A stretch of 63,801 nucleotides of DNA, filler included, from Licmophora abbreviata (lineage: Eukaryota), in NCBI GenBank assembly GCA_900291995.1. It is 26 parts of 26 records of this genome, joined end to end, with 100 filler letters (N's around TTAATTAATTAA, not from the genome) between each part and the next. Parts side by side here need not be neighbours in the genome. Positions count along the whole stretch, not along the records: positions 6,186 to 10,245 come from OLMU01002166.1; positions 10,346 to 13,569 come from OLMU01002167.1; positions 13,670 to 18,390 come from OLMU01002168.1; 23 more parts are not named here. One strand, 5' to 3'. The translations under genes and the position numbers were made by a program. The notes under the pieces were generated by a model. It was given only the letters and a program-made list of their open reading frames with translations. It was not told the DNA's origin and did not search any database. The first letter of the stretch is position 1. Each line of letters opens with the position of its first letter. Of the stretch, positions 8,002 to 17,531 are shown one piece after another.

Positions 8002-9786
8002 ATGCAAGCCCCAACCGAAAAGGCCACAACTGCCGCGAGAAGGGAGACCGTGTCGATCAAGGACGTTAAGAAGTTCTTTGGTCCGACCCGCGCGCTCGAC
8101 GGGGTGTCGTTCTCGGCGGTCGAGGGGGAAATCCATGCGATTGTCGGCGGTAACGGATGCGGCAAGAGCACGTTGGCGAAAGTGATTTCAGGTATTCTGC
8201 CAATAGATGGCGGCGCGGTTACCGTGCTGGGAGAAACCCCGAACTCCCCGGCCGAAAGTCGCGCCATCGGCATATCGACCGTCTATCAGGAAGTGCTTGT
8301 GGCGGACGAGAGCACGGTCGTCGATAATGTGTTCATGGGCTCGGACTCCCTTTTTACAAAGTCAGTGTCCTATGACGAAAAGGTGGCGCGTACCGCCCAA
8401 TTGATGAGTGATCTGTCCGGTGAGGACGTGGACCCGCACGGCCTTGTCGGCAACCTCCCCTTGGGCCTCAAACAATGGATCACCATCGCGCGCGGCATGC
8501 TCAGCGCGCCCCGTCTGCTGATCCTCGATGAGAGCTCAGCCGCTCTAGATTTCGACAGCACCGAGCGGTTGTTTCAGAAAATGCGGGACCTTCGCGATGG
8601 TGGCGCGACGATCCTGATCGTGACGCATCGGATCGCCGAGCTCGTGCGCATCGCTGACAGGGCGACGGTGCTGCGCGATGGCCGTGACGTGGCCGTGCTT
8701 GAAAAACAAGAGATCACCGAGCGCAACTTGCTTGCAGCGATGACCGGCGAAGAAGCCGACGCGGCGCATGGCAGTCTTGTCGCGCCCCAGCCCCAGAGCG
8801 GCGAAATCACGATGCGGGCCGATGGCCTTGTGCTTTGGGCGAATGGCAAGAGCTTCGATTTCGAATTACGCAAAGGCGAGATCGTGGGCGTTGCCGGTCT
8901 GGACGGGCAGGGACAGGACAGTTTCGTTCGTGTCCTCGCGGGCGTTCAATCCGCCGAGGCCGGTCTGCCCTTCATCATGACAGCTCAGGGCGAGGCAACT
9001 CCCGTTCGTGACCTGTTCGATGCGGTCGCGGGCCGCGTCGCTTACGTGTCGGGCGATCGCAAGCGTGAAGGAATTTTTGCCAGCCTGTCGATCTTCGAGA
9101 ACATGGTCATGCCGCTCTATGCCCAGAAGAAAAGCGGTGGGGTGCTGGGACTGATCGACTGGGAGACGTTGAATACGATTTTCGATCGGGAAACCAGGAA
9201 TCTTATGATCAAGTTCGGGGTGAAAAGCGACAGGATCACATCACTCTCGGGCGGCAATCAGCAAAAGGTGCTGATCGGGCGGGGCTTTGCGCAACGACCC
9301 AACACGATCGTTCTGAACGACCCCGCGCGCGGCATCGATGTCGGGGCCAAGACGGAACTCTACAAGCACCTGAGAAGTTTCGCGGAAAGCGGCCGGTCGG
9401 TCGTCTACATGTCCTCGGAAATCGAGGAATTTATCGGGTTCGCCACGCGGGTGATCGTGTTCCGCGACGGTGCCCCTTTCGATGCGTTCGACGGCCGGCG
9501 GTTTGACACGAAGCGGGTTCTCGAAGCCATGTTCGGGCAGACCGACGGCAGCGGTCTGGATACGGTCTATGGGCTGACGCCGACGCGCTCGGCCGATGCA
9601 GGCGACAGTGTCACTCCAAGGGATCGCAAAATCGGTTCGGTCGTCTATCCCCCCGCGGATGGCAGCTTGCCGCCGATCCGGGTCGTGCAGACACAACCCG
9701 ATCCCGTTAAGGCTTTCGACCGAAGCAAGATCCGGATCGTCGAATTCGGACGTGATGGCCAGATCGCCCGGCAGGGACGACCATGA
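8002..9786 (+). CDS. Sugar-type ABC ATP-binding protein (two NBDs) with a C-terminal extension
   Basis: Walker A GGNGCGKST, LLILDE, VTHR; second half DRKREG, LSGGNQQK, RGIDVGAK; ~80 extra C-terminal residues. Confidence 0.93.
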   Translation: MQAPTEKATTAARRETVSIKDVKKFFGPTRALDGVSFSAVEGEIHAIVGGNGCGKSTLAKVISGILPIDGGAVTVLGETPNSPAESRAIGISTVYQEVLVADESTVVDNVFMGSDSLFTKSVSYDEKVARTAQLMSDLSGEDVDPHGLVGNLPLGLKQWITIARGMLSAPRLLILDESSAALDFDSTERLFQKMRDLRDGGATILIVTHRIAELVRIADRATVLRDGRDVAVLEKQEITERNLLAAMTGEEADAAHGSLVAPQPQSGEITMRADGLVLWANGKSFDFELRKGEIVGVAGLDGQGQDSFVRVLAGVQSAEAGLPFIMTAQGEATPVRDLFDAVAGRVAYVSGDRKREGIFASLSIFENMVMPLYAQKKSGGVLGLIDWETLNTIFDRETRNLMIKFGVKSDRITSLSGGNQQKVLIGRGFAQRPNTIVLNDPARGIDVGAKTELYKHLRSFAESGRSVVYMSSEIEEFIGFATRVIVFRDGAPFDAFDGRRFDTKRVLEAMFGQTDGSGLDTVYGLTPTRSADAGDSVTPRDRKIGSVVYPPADGSLPPIRVVQTQPDPVKAFDRSKIRIVEFGRDGQIARQGRP

Positions 9787-11363
9787 AGATCGCCGAGATC
9801 AAGGACCCGGTCGCCGTCGAGACCGAGACCGTCGAGACGCCGCGCAGCACTGCAGGGCGGTCGGATCCATCGATGATTGTCCCGATCACCCTGTTTTATG
9901 TGCTCATGATCTTCGCCGTGATCCGCTCCCCAAGCCTGGTCAGCGCATCGGGGATTGGCAGCGCGGTGATCGTGGCAACGCCACTGATCTTGGCGACCTA
10001 TGCGCTGATGGCTTCGGTGATTTCGGGGCGCGGCACGGTCGATCTGTCGATCGGGCCTCTCATCGGGTTCATCAACGTCACGCTCGTCCAGTTGGTGACA
10101 GCGGGATATTTCAGCAATCCCTTCGCGTTTTTCGGCCTCGCCTTCCTGCTGGGGGCGGCCTATCAGCTGATTTTCGCGCTGATTGTGGTGTACGTACGTG
10201 TCCAACCCATCATCGTGTCGCTCAGCGGTTTTCTTGCGCTTTCAGNNNNNNNNNNNNNNNNNNNNNNNNNNNNNNNNNNNNNNNNNNNNTTAATTAATTA
10301 ANNNNNNNNNNNNNNNNNNNNNNNNNNNNNNNNNNNNNNNNNNNNTGTCCAACCCATCATCGTGTCGCTCAGCGGTTTTCTTGCGCTTTCAGGTATCAAT
10401 CTGGTGATCCTGCCGCGCCCGGGTGGCATGGCGCCCGAGTGGATGGCGACCTGGGGGCTGGGAACGACTGTTTTTTCTCCGGTCCTCTGGCTGCTGGTGA
10501 TTGCGACACTGGCGTGGGTCCTGTTTACGCGCACGGCGTTTTACACGCATCTGCGTTTGATGGGGTCAGATGAACGTGCGGCCTACACCTCGGGTGTTCC
10601 CATCGCGATCGTGCGTATCGGCGCGCACATCATTTCAGGTCTTTTCGCCGCCCTTGCCGCCATCACATTTACCGCCCTGATCTCTTCGGGAGATCCATCG
10701 CAGGGCACGACATATACCTTGATTGCCGTCACCGCCTTGGTACTTGGCGGTGCCTCACTGGCGGGGGGCAGGGCAAGCGTTTTCGGCTGCGCTCTTGGGG
10801 CGTTGAACCTCTATCTGATTACCTTCGTGCTGGCCACGTTCAACTTCGGCGCGGTCCAGAGCTTCGTGACCGATCTGGCCTATGGCACGATCCTTGTTGG
10901 CTCGCTGCTTCTGACCCTGGTGCTGCCACTGATCCAACGCTATGCGCGGAACTTTTCGCCGTTGCTCTACTTCGTGGCGCTCGGGGTGGTGGTATTGGGC
11001 GTTGTTCTGCACGCGACATATGATTACGGCACAGTTTCCGATGCTTATGTCGTGCCGCCTTTCCCCGGCCCGCTCGACGCGGTGAGCACCATGCGGGGTA
11101 TGTTCGAGACCGGAGCGCTGGACCCGCAGACCGAAGCGCTGCGCGCGGCTGCGCGACCGCTGATTTGGGGTGTTGTGATCCTCGTGGTGCTGGCCGGGCT
11201 GGCTCGAGTGGCGGTGACCGAAGGCAAGACACGTGACGTCGGCCCGTTGGTGTTTCTCGTGATTGGGCTGATCGTTCTGGTCACGGCCTACTCCATCAGT
11301 CAGCCCGATGGCTTCTCCTTCGGCACCGGCTCGGATGCCCCGCATGAGGAGGGCAATCCATGA
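9783..11363 (+). CDS. ABC permease (RbsC-like), ~477 aa after closing the gap
   Basis: VDLSIG, GSDERAAYTSGV, LVLGGASLAGGRAS. 10199-10245 is repeated at 10346-10392 across the linker. ATGA overlap with the ATPase gene. Confidence 0.9.
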
Positions 11364-12739
11364 GCCAGACAGACGCCAGCCCCCAACAACTGAGCCTTGC
11401 CACCCGCTTGTTGGGGTTGATCGCAGGCGGCATATTGACCCTGCTGAGCGTCATCTTTGGTTTTGTTCAGGATCAACCTGTTCAAAGCATCATTCTTTAT
11501 GCGCTGGCCACGATGGCGCTGTTCTTCTGGGCGTGGAAGTTCATCCTTCCGCATTTTCTGGTCGAACGCGAACATACCGAAGACACGCATGGACCCGGCC
11601 CGTTTCGGCGGATCTGGATCGACTATCGGCCGTCGCTGATCGGTCTGGCGCTGATTGTTCTCGCGTTCTTCATTCTGGCGGCAAGCATCGACGGATTTCT
11701 CAACGGCTGGAACGTCCTGTCGCTGATCATCCTGCTGGCCATCATCGTCGCGACGCGCACGATCGGCCCACTCTTCGAGACGAACCGCTCGGCCTTCATT
11801 GGTATCATGGTCCTGATCGGGCTGTTTTCTGTCGGTGCGATGAATATCGAAGGGTTTTCTTCGGGCTGGAACATCAAGTCGATGCTGCTCTTTGCCTCTT
11901 TTCTTGGCCTTGCGTCGGTCGGGCAGACCCTCGTTGCGCTGTTGGGCGGGCTGGATTTGTCGATCCCCTTCGTGATCGGGGCCGCGAATGTGGGCCTGTT
12001 GTATCTTATCAGCCTCGGGGTGCCGCCATGGCTGGCCTTTTGCATCGTGCTGGTGATCGGGGCGTTGCTGGGGGTGATCAACGGTCTGCTCAGTTATCGT
12101 CTTCAGGGGCAGGCGCTCATCGTGACGCTCGGCACCGGGTTTGCCATTTCGGGCGGTGTTCAGATCATCACGTCCATCGGTACGGCCTATGGCGGCAACG
12201 TCTTCGGCACGGTTCCCGGTTGGCTGTCCAATCTGGCGGCCATGAATGGCAAGACATTCGGCATTCCGGTGCCCGCAGCCATTTTCATCTGGGCTCTGAC
12301 CGCGCTCATCCTGGTCGTGGGGCTCCGCGTCACAGTTTACGGTCGCTATCTCTATGCTCTCGGGGTGAACCGGATATCAGCGAAACGGGTGATGGTCTCG
12401 GAACTGAAATACTGGGTGATGGCCTACACGGTTTCAGGGTTCTTCTCGGCCTTGACCGGAGCGCTTTTGCTTGGCTGGTCGGGGGGCGGCTTCATTGGTG
12501 TGGGCGAGCAGTATCTGTTCCTCACACTGGCGGCTGTGGTCGTCGGGGGGACATCTCTTCTGGGCGGACACGGCGGCTACGGCTTTACCGTCATCGGCGT
12601 TTTGGTGCTTCAGGTCCTGTCGTCGTTCCTCGTCGGAATCGGTCTCGATTATGAATGGCAGCAGTTCATCTACGGCCTGCTGATCTTGCCCATGGTCGCG
12701 CTTTACGCGCGCTCGCCCCACATACGCACGCAGATATGA
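11360..12739 (+). CDS. ABC permease (RbsC-like), 459 aa
   Basis: GQTLVALLGGLDLSI, GRYLYALGVN, AAVVVGGTSLLGGHG; ATGA overlap with the upstream permease. Confidence 0.92.
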   Translation: MSQTDASPQQLSLATRLLGLIAGGILTLLSVIFGFVQDQPVQSIILYALATMALFFWAWKFILPHFLVEREHTEDTHGPGPFRRIWIDYRPSLIGLALIVLAFFILAASIDGFLNGWNVLSLIILLAIIVATRTIGPLFETNRSAFIGIMVLIGLFSVGAMNIEGFSSGWNIKSMLLFASFLGLASVGQTLVALLGGLDLSIPFVIGAANVGLLYLISLGVPPWLAFCIVLVIGALLGVINGLLSYRLQGQALIVTLGTGFAISGGVQIITSIGTAYGGNVFGTVPGWLSNLAAMNGKTFGIPVPAAIFIWALTALILVVGLRVTVYGRYLYALGVNRISAKRVMVSELKYWVMAYTVSGFFSALTGALLLGWSGGGFIGVGEQYLFLTLAAVVVGGTSLLGGHGGYGFTVIGVLVLQVLSSFLVGIGLDYEWQQFIYGLLILPMVALYARSPHIRTQI

Positions 12740-12776
12740 CCGGACTCGAGGATCATATGAATTGGAGGTTCGCTAC

Positions 12777-13484
12777 ATGACCGTCTTTGAAACACCAGAC
12801 CTGACTGCGGCAAGCTATTCTGCGGCCCTCTTCGGATTGATCGCCACGAGTGTGCTCTTGCTGATGGGCACGGCTTGGGTCAGGGGGCACTGGAAGCTGG
12901 TCGTGACGCTGTGCGCCTGCTCCACCATCATCGGGGCACTGGCCGCGTATGAGGCCCGGGCCGCCTGGCAAAGTGGAGCTGTCCCCGTGGTTTACCATTA
13001 TGTCGGCTGGGTCGTGACGATGCCCATTCAGGTGCTGGCGCTCTTCTTCATGGCCAATTGCGTTGGCAAGGTCTCGATGGGCCTGTTCTGGCGGCTGGTC
13101 GTGGTCTCGGTTCTGATGGTTTTCGTTCGCTACCTTGGCGAGGCCGGATACATGCATCCGACCCTTGCCTTCCTCATCGGGTTGATCTTCTGGCTCTACG
13201 TTCTCGGAGAGCTGTTTTTCGGCAAGATGGATCTTGCGATCCGGGATTCTCTGAACAAGCCGGTGATCAGAGGCTACTTCTGGCTGCGTCTGATCGTGAC
13301 CATCGGCTGGGCGATCTATCCGCTTGGCAATTTCATCACCAGCTTTGGCGGGTATGATGACGGTGGCGCCTTAGCAGTCGCCTATAACGTGGCCGATTTC
13401 CTCAATCGAATGGCTTTCGGTGCCGCTGTCTTGTCGGCTGGCATGCTCGCCATGCAGTCAGCCGATGAAAAGGTCCAAGGCTGA
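12777..13484 (+). CDS. Proteorhodopsin-like 7TM opsin lacking the Schiff-base lysine (flotillin-associated rhodopsin type)
   Basis: GGAGG RBS; helix C PVVYHYVGWVVTMP, YLGEAG, helix F IGWAIYPLG, helix G YNVADFLNRMAFG where proteorhodopsins have YNLADFVNKILFG. Confidence 0.88.
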   Translation: MTVFETPDLTAASYSAALFGLIATSVLLLMGTAWVRGHWKLVVTLCACSTIIGALAAYEARAAWQSGAVPVVYHYVGWVVTMPIQVLALFFMANCVGKVSMGLFWRLVVVSVLMVFVRYLGEAGYMHPTLAFLIGLIFWLYVLGELFFGKMDLAIRDSLNKPVIRGYFWLRLIVTIGWAIYPLGNFITSFGGYDDGGALAVAYNVADFLNRMAFGAAVLSAGMLAMQSADEKVQG

Positions 13485-13530
13485 TGCGAATTCCTGATGA
13501 TATGAACACTCTACCTGGAGGGCTGATGCC

Positions 13531-15025
13531 ATGAACGGTGCAGACGTTATTGCAATCATAATCCTTGCCNNNNNNNNNNNNNNNNNNNNNNNNNNNNNNN
13601 NNNNNNNNNNNNNTTAATTAATTAANNNNNNNNNNNNNNNNNNNNNNNNNNNNNNNNNNNNNNNNNNNNCGGCGGACGCTCAACCCTGATCAACTGCGCG
13701 AACTGGTGGTGGGCCGCTTTGTGGACGGCATGGGGGCCGCCTCTGCGGTCATGACGCTGGAAGAGATTCAGGAGAACCGCCGCAAATTCGCGCAGGAAGT
13801 CCGCAAGGAAGTGGCCGAAAGCCTGGCGCTCGACGGGTTGGAGCTTGAATCGGTCTCGCTGACCTCTCTGGATCAGGCCGATATCTCGATGTTCAACCCC
13901 TCGAACACCTTCGACTCCGAAGGTTTGACCCGACTTGTCCAACAGATTGAAAGCCGCAAGAAAACGCGCAACGACATCGAAAAGGACACGGATATCGCGA
14001 TCCGCTCCAAGAACCTTGAGGCCGAGAAAAAGGCCCTCGATATCGGACGGGATACGGAATACGCGCGGCTGTTGAACGAATCCGAGATCTCGATCGAGCG
14101 TGCGCAGCGCAAGGCCGAAATCGCGCGCGAGAACGCAGCGCGGGAGCGCGAGATCGAAGAAATCCGCATCAGCGAGCGTGAACAGGTCGAGCTTGCGCGC
14201 ATCAAGAGCGAAACCGAGATCGAGTCGATGGAGATCAAGCGCCGCGAGCAGATCGAGATCGAAGAACAGCAACGCGAAATCGCGCTGTCGCAGAAATCGA
14301 AGGAACGCTCAGAAGTCCAGGCCCTGACCGAGGAGGCCGTTGCCGCTGCCACTGAGGCGCGCGAACGGGTTCACACGATCCGCGACGTGGAAATTGCCAA
14401 CCGCCATAAGACGGTCGAATTGATCGAAGCGGCCAAAGATGCCGAACGAGAGGCCGTTCGCATGAAGATCCTTGCCGAAGCCGAAGAGCGGGCGGCGCAA
14501 AACCGGGCCGAGGCCGTGCGCATCGCGGCCTCGGCCGAGGAAGAGCGCCTGCGCGTCGAAGCGGAAGGCGCCACCAAGCTCAACGAGGCTGAAAACCTTC
14601 GCTCGGAGGCCAGCCGCCGCAGCGCCTTGCACAAGCGTCTTGTCGATAATCTGCCGTCGATCATCCGCGAAAGCGTCAAACCGATGGAACGGATCGGCGA
14701 GATCAAGATCCTGCACGTGGATGGTCTGCCCGGCTTCTCGAACGCGGCAGGTGGTGGCGGCGAGGGCGGTTCTGGCAAGGGCGAGGGAAGCTCACCTCCG
14801 AGCGAGGGAAATCTTGCCGATCAGGTGGTCCAGTCCGCTCTGAGGTATCGCTCCCAAGCTCCGTTCGTGGACCAACTTCTGGGGGAGATCGGTATGGACC
14901 CCGGGAACATTCACAGACCCGAGGCACTCCGCGATCTTTCCAAGATCGTCTATTCCGAGCCGGCGTCAGCGAGTGATGGACCCGCCCCGAAAGGGCCCAA
15001 GCGTCCATCCGCATCCAAGAAGTGA
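13531..15025 (+). CDS. Flotillin / SPFH band-7 protein (YqiK type), interrupted by an unresolved gap
   Basis: GGAGG RBS and MNGADVIAIIILA before the gap; after it RTLNPDQLRELV..RFVD, GLELESVSLTSLDQ, FNPSNTFDSEGL, AE-rich coiled coil, SVKPMERIGEIKI. The two pieces could belong to two different genes. Confidence 0.88.
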
Positions 15026-15078
15026 TCGCCCTCCCGCAGCCGGCGGCTGCGGGGATAAACTGAACAGGAGGTGCAGCG

Positions 15079-15516
15079 ATGAACGAGCGAGACGATGCCG
15101 TCGACCGGAGCCTTCTGGTATTCGCTGTCTGGGCGGCGATCGGGTCCATCGGGCTTTTGTTGATCATCGAAGGGTTCCAGCAGGACGTTTACTGGATCGC
15201 TTTGACCGGGATTGGCTGCATCATCGCCACGTTTTGTGCGCATATCATCGTCAATGCGGTCTACGGCACGGGCTTCAGTACAGGTGAAACCGCTCTTGGA
15301 CTCACCAGTTTCGGCGTTTTGGTGCTGGTCTTTGTGCTGTCCGTTCTGGCGGGCGGTGCCTCGGCAACGGATTTCTACATCGGGCTGACCCTGTTTGGGA
15401 CGCTGATCGTCGGTTTCCTGACCTATCTGCTGACAAGGCATGGCTTGCGCGGGGCGTTCTCGAAATTTCATGTGGCGGTCGGGCATGACGTGTCTGTTCC
15501 CACCGGGAAGGGATAG
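15079..15516 (+). CDS. Hypothetical membrane protein (~4 TM)
   Basis: AGGAGG RBS, 145 aa, four hydrophobic segments, tightly spaced within the operon. Confidence 0.75.
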   Translation: MNERDDAVDRSLLVFAVWAAIGSIGLLLIIEGFQQDVYWIALTGIGCIIATFCAHIIVNAVYGTGFSTGETALGLTSFGVLVLVFVLSVLAGGASATDFYIGLTLFGTLIVGFLTYLLTRHGLRGAFSKFHVAVGHDVSVPTGKG

Positions 15517-15521
15517 CCTGA

Positions 15522-17462
15522 ATGCCAGCTCCATCGCCTGTCATGTGGATCTTGTTGTTTGGGTTCGTCTATATTGCCGTCGTGCTCTTCTGGGCCCGCC
15601 AGGCTGCCACGGCCAATGGAAACTACCAGAGCTATTTTTCAGCAGGCCACTCTCTGTCGCCTTGGGTCAGCGCGCTGGTGCTGGCCGGCAGTTCGGTGTC
15701 CGCGTGGTTTACCCTTGGCTCTGCCGACATCCTGGCTCGCGACGGCTTCGTTCACGGATATCTCCTGCAGGCTGGTGTCTTGTTGGCGCTGCCCGGCGTC
15801 CTCTTTTTCAAGCGCAGTTGGTTCATCGCGCAACGCTATCGGGTCTCGTCTCAGGCCGAGCTTTTCAAACTGTATTACGACAGCCAGGCCCTTGTCGTGA
15901 TCGTCGCCTGCGTGGCGCTGTTGTTCGCGGTGGGTTTTGCCGGCATGCAACTTCGTGCGATCTCGCAGATCGCATCGTCTGTGTCCGGTGGATCGATCTC
16001 GGCCTTTACCATAGGCTGCGCACTCAGCCTCATACTGCTGGGCTACGTCGTTATCGGCGGGATGCGGGCAATCGGATTCCTTGGTGTCTTGCAGACGGTC
16101 AGCCTGATCTCGGCAACCCTGGTGCTCAGTTTTCTGATCTTGGTCGAGGCGGGCCTGATCGGGGCGATCAACGCGCGGATGCAGGCCTTGGCGGCAGACA
16201 GTGCCGGGGCGCAGGCTTTCGAAGTCAGCGGCGTGATCCAATTCGTGGCAGGGCTCGGGCGGGGTAGTTTCTATGACCATCCTGTTTCGGCTGTCACCAA
16301 TCTGAGTTCCGCCTATGCCCTGCTCGGGATCGGGCTTAGCCCATTCGCCCTGAAGATCGTTCTGTCCACACGCAACACGAAGGCAATTGCCGCTGGACAA
16401 ACCTGGGTTCTGGCGGGGTTCTTTGGCTTGCTTGTTCTTTTGCCCGTCGGTGTCATCGGCGCCGCGGGCCTTGGCCGCCCGGAATTCATCAGCCACAGCT
16501 ATCTGGCGGCTTTGGCACAATCGTCGCCATGGCTTACGGCCTGGGTCGTGCTGGGTTTTGCCGCCGGCATGCAGGTGATGGCCGGATTGGCGCTTCTGGT
16601 AGCGGCAGAAACTGTTGTACGCCATGTCTACAAGCCCTTCTTCGCAAGCGCGATGTCGCGCAGGCAGACTGTCACCCTGACCCGGATCTTTGTGGCTGTT
16701 CTGGCGGTTGGTGTCGTGTTGATGGCCTTTCTTGCACCGGTCAGCACGTCGGCTCTGGGGGCTTTTGCGCTCTCGGCATCGGCGCAGTTGTTGATCCCGA
16801 TGCTGGGTCTGTGCTGGTTCGGCTGGATGACACGCCCTGCCGTTCTGGCTGGCGTGGGCTTCGGTTTGTTCGCGGCTTTCGTGACCGATGCGCTCGGGAT
16901 CGGCATTCTTGGCTATCTGGGGCTGGACGTGCCATGGGGCCGCTATCCCTGGACCATCCATTCGGCCGCGTGGGGCCTGTTTTTCAATATTCTCGTGTGT
17001 CTGCTTGTCTCGGCTATCAGCCAGAACGCCGCCAGAACCGAGTTTCGGGAGCATCTGCGGGCCTTTGTTTCCGAGGCATTGAGCGGGCAGGGCACGGCTC
17101 CCTTGAACAGCTATGCCTGGGCGGCCGGACTTGCTTGGGGATTTCTTGCCGTGGGGCCGGGGCTGATTTTTGGGAATTATGCCTTTGTCGGTGATGACGG
17201 CTGGAGCATGGATTTTCCATCGCTTTGGGTCTGGGCCATGCTGTTCTGGCTTCTGGGCGTGACCCTTGTTTGGCTTCTCGCGTACCGAATGCAGATGGCG
17301 TCGCATGTCGAGTTGGACATCACATCCTATGAGCCCCCCCCGACCCTGCGGCCCGACCAATCCGCCGCAGAGGCGCGACGTCTGAGAAGCCTGATCATGT
17401 TTGCTCTGGCAGGTGCGGGATTGGTCATCCTAACGGTTTGGAGTTTTGGGGGTGCGGGATGA
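15522..17462 (+). CDS. Sodium:solute symporter (SSS) family protein
   Basis: YFSAGHSLSPW, SVSAWFTLG, YVVIGGMRAIG..LQ; many TM helices; 646 aa. Confidence 0.88.
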   Translation: MPAPSPVMWILLFGFVYIAVVLFWARQAATANGNYQSYFSAGHSLSPWVSALVLAGSSVSAWFTLGSADILARDGFVHGYLLQAGVLLALPGVLFFKRSWFIAQRYRVSSQAELFKLYYDSQALVVIVACVALLFAVGFAGMQLRAISQIASSVSGGSISAFTIGCALSLILLGYVVIGGMRAIGFLGVLQTVSLISATLVLSFLILVEAGLIGAINARMQALAADSAGAQAFEVSGVIQFVAGLGRGSFYDHPVSAVTNLSSAYALLGIGLSPFALKIVLSTRNTKAIAAGQTWVLAGFFGLLVLLPVGVIGAAGLGRPEFISHSYLAALAQSSPWLTAWVVLGFAAGMQVMAGLALLVAAETVVRHVYKPFFASAMSRRQTVTLTRIFVAVLAVGVVLMAFLAPVSTSALGAFALSASAQLLIPMLGLCWFGWMTRPAVLAGVGFGLFAAFVTDALGIGILGYLGLDVPWGRYPWTIHSAAWGLFFNILVCLLVSAISQNAARTEFREHLRAFVSEALSGQGTAPLNSYAWAAGLAWGFLAVGPGLIFGNYAFVGDDGWSMDFPSLWVWAMLFWLLGVTLVWLLAYRMQMASHVELDITSYEPPPTLRPDQSAAEARRLRSLIMFALAGAGLVILTVWSFGGAG

Positions 17463-17531
17463 TGTTTTGCCCAAAAAGCACAGAGGCCTGTCCGGGCTTT
17501 GCGTGCAGAAACACTGGATGAAGGATCACTC

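Noticed and set aside
8002..9786. Degenerate motifs in the ABC ATPase (GLDGQGQDS, IVLNDP) as a sign of inactivation
   Set aside because: One degenerate site is normal in tandem sugar-type ATPases; the other site is intact.
12777..13484. Calling this a functional light-driven proteorhodopsin
   Set aside because: The retinal Lys, proton acceptor Asp and donor Glu positions are all substituted.
15639..17360. Long antisense ORFs (also 31886-33634, 35829-37127, 60587-62164)
   Set aside because: Opposite well-supported genes, with no recognisable motifs; expected in high-GC DNA.
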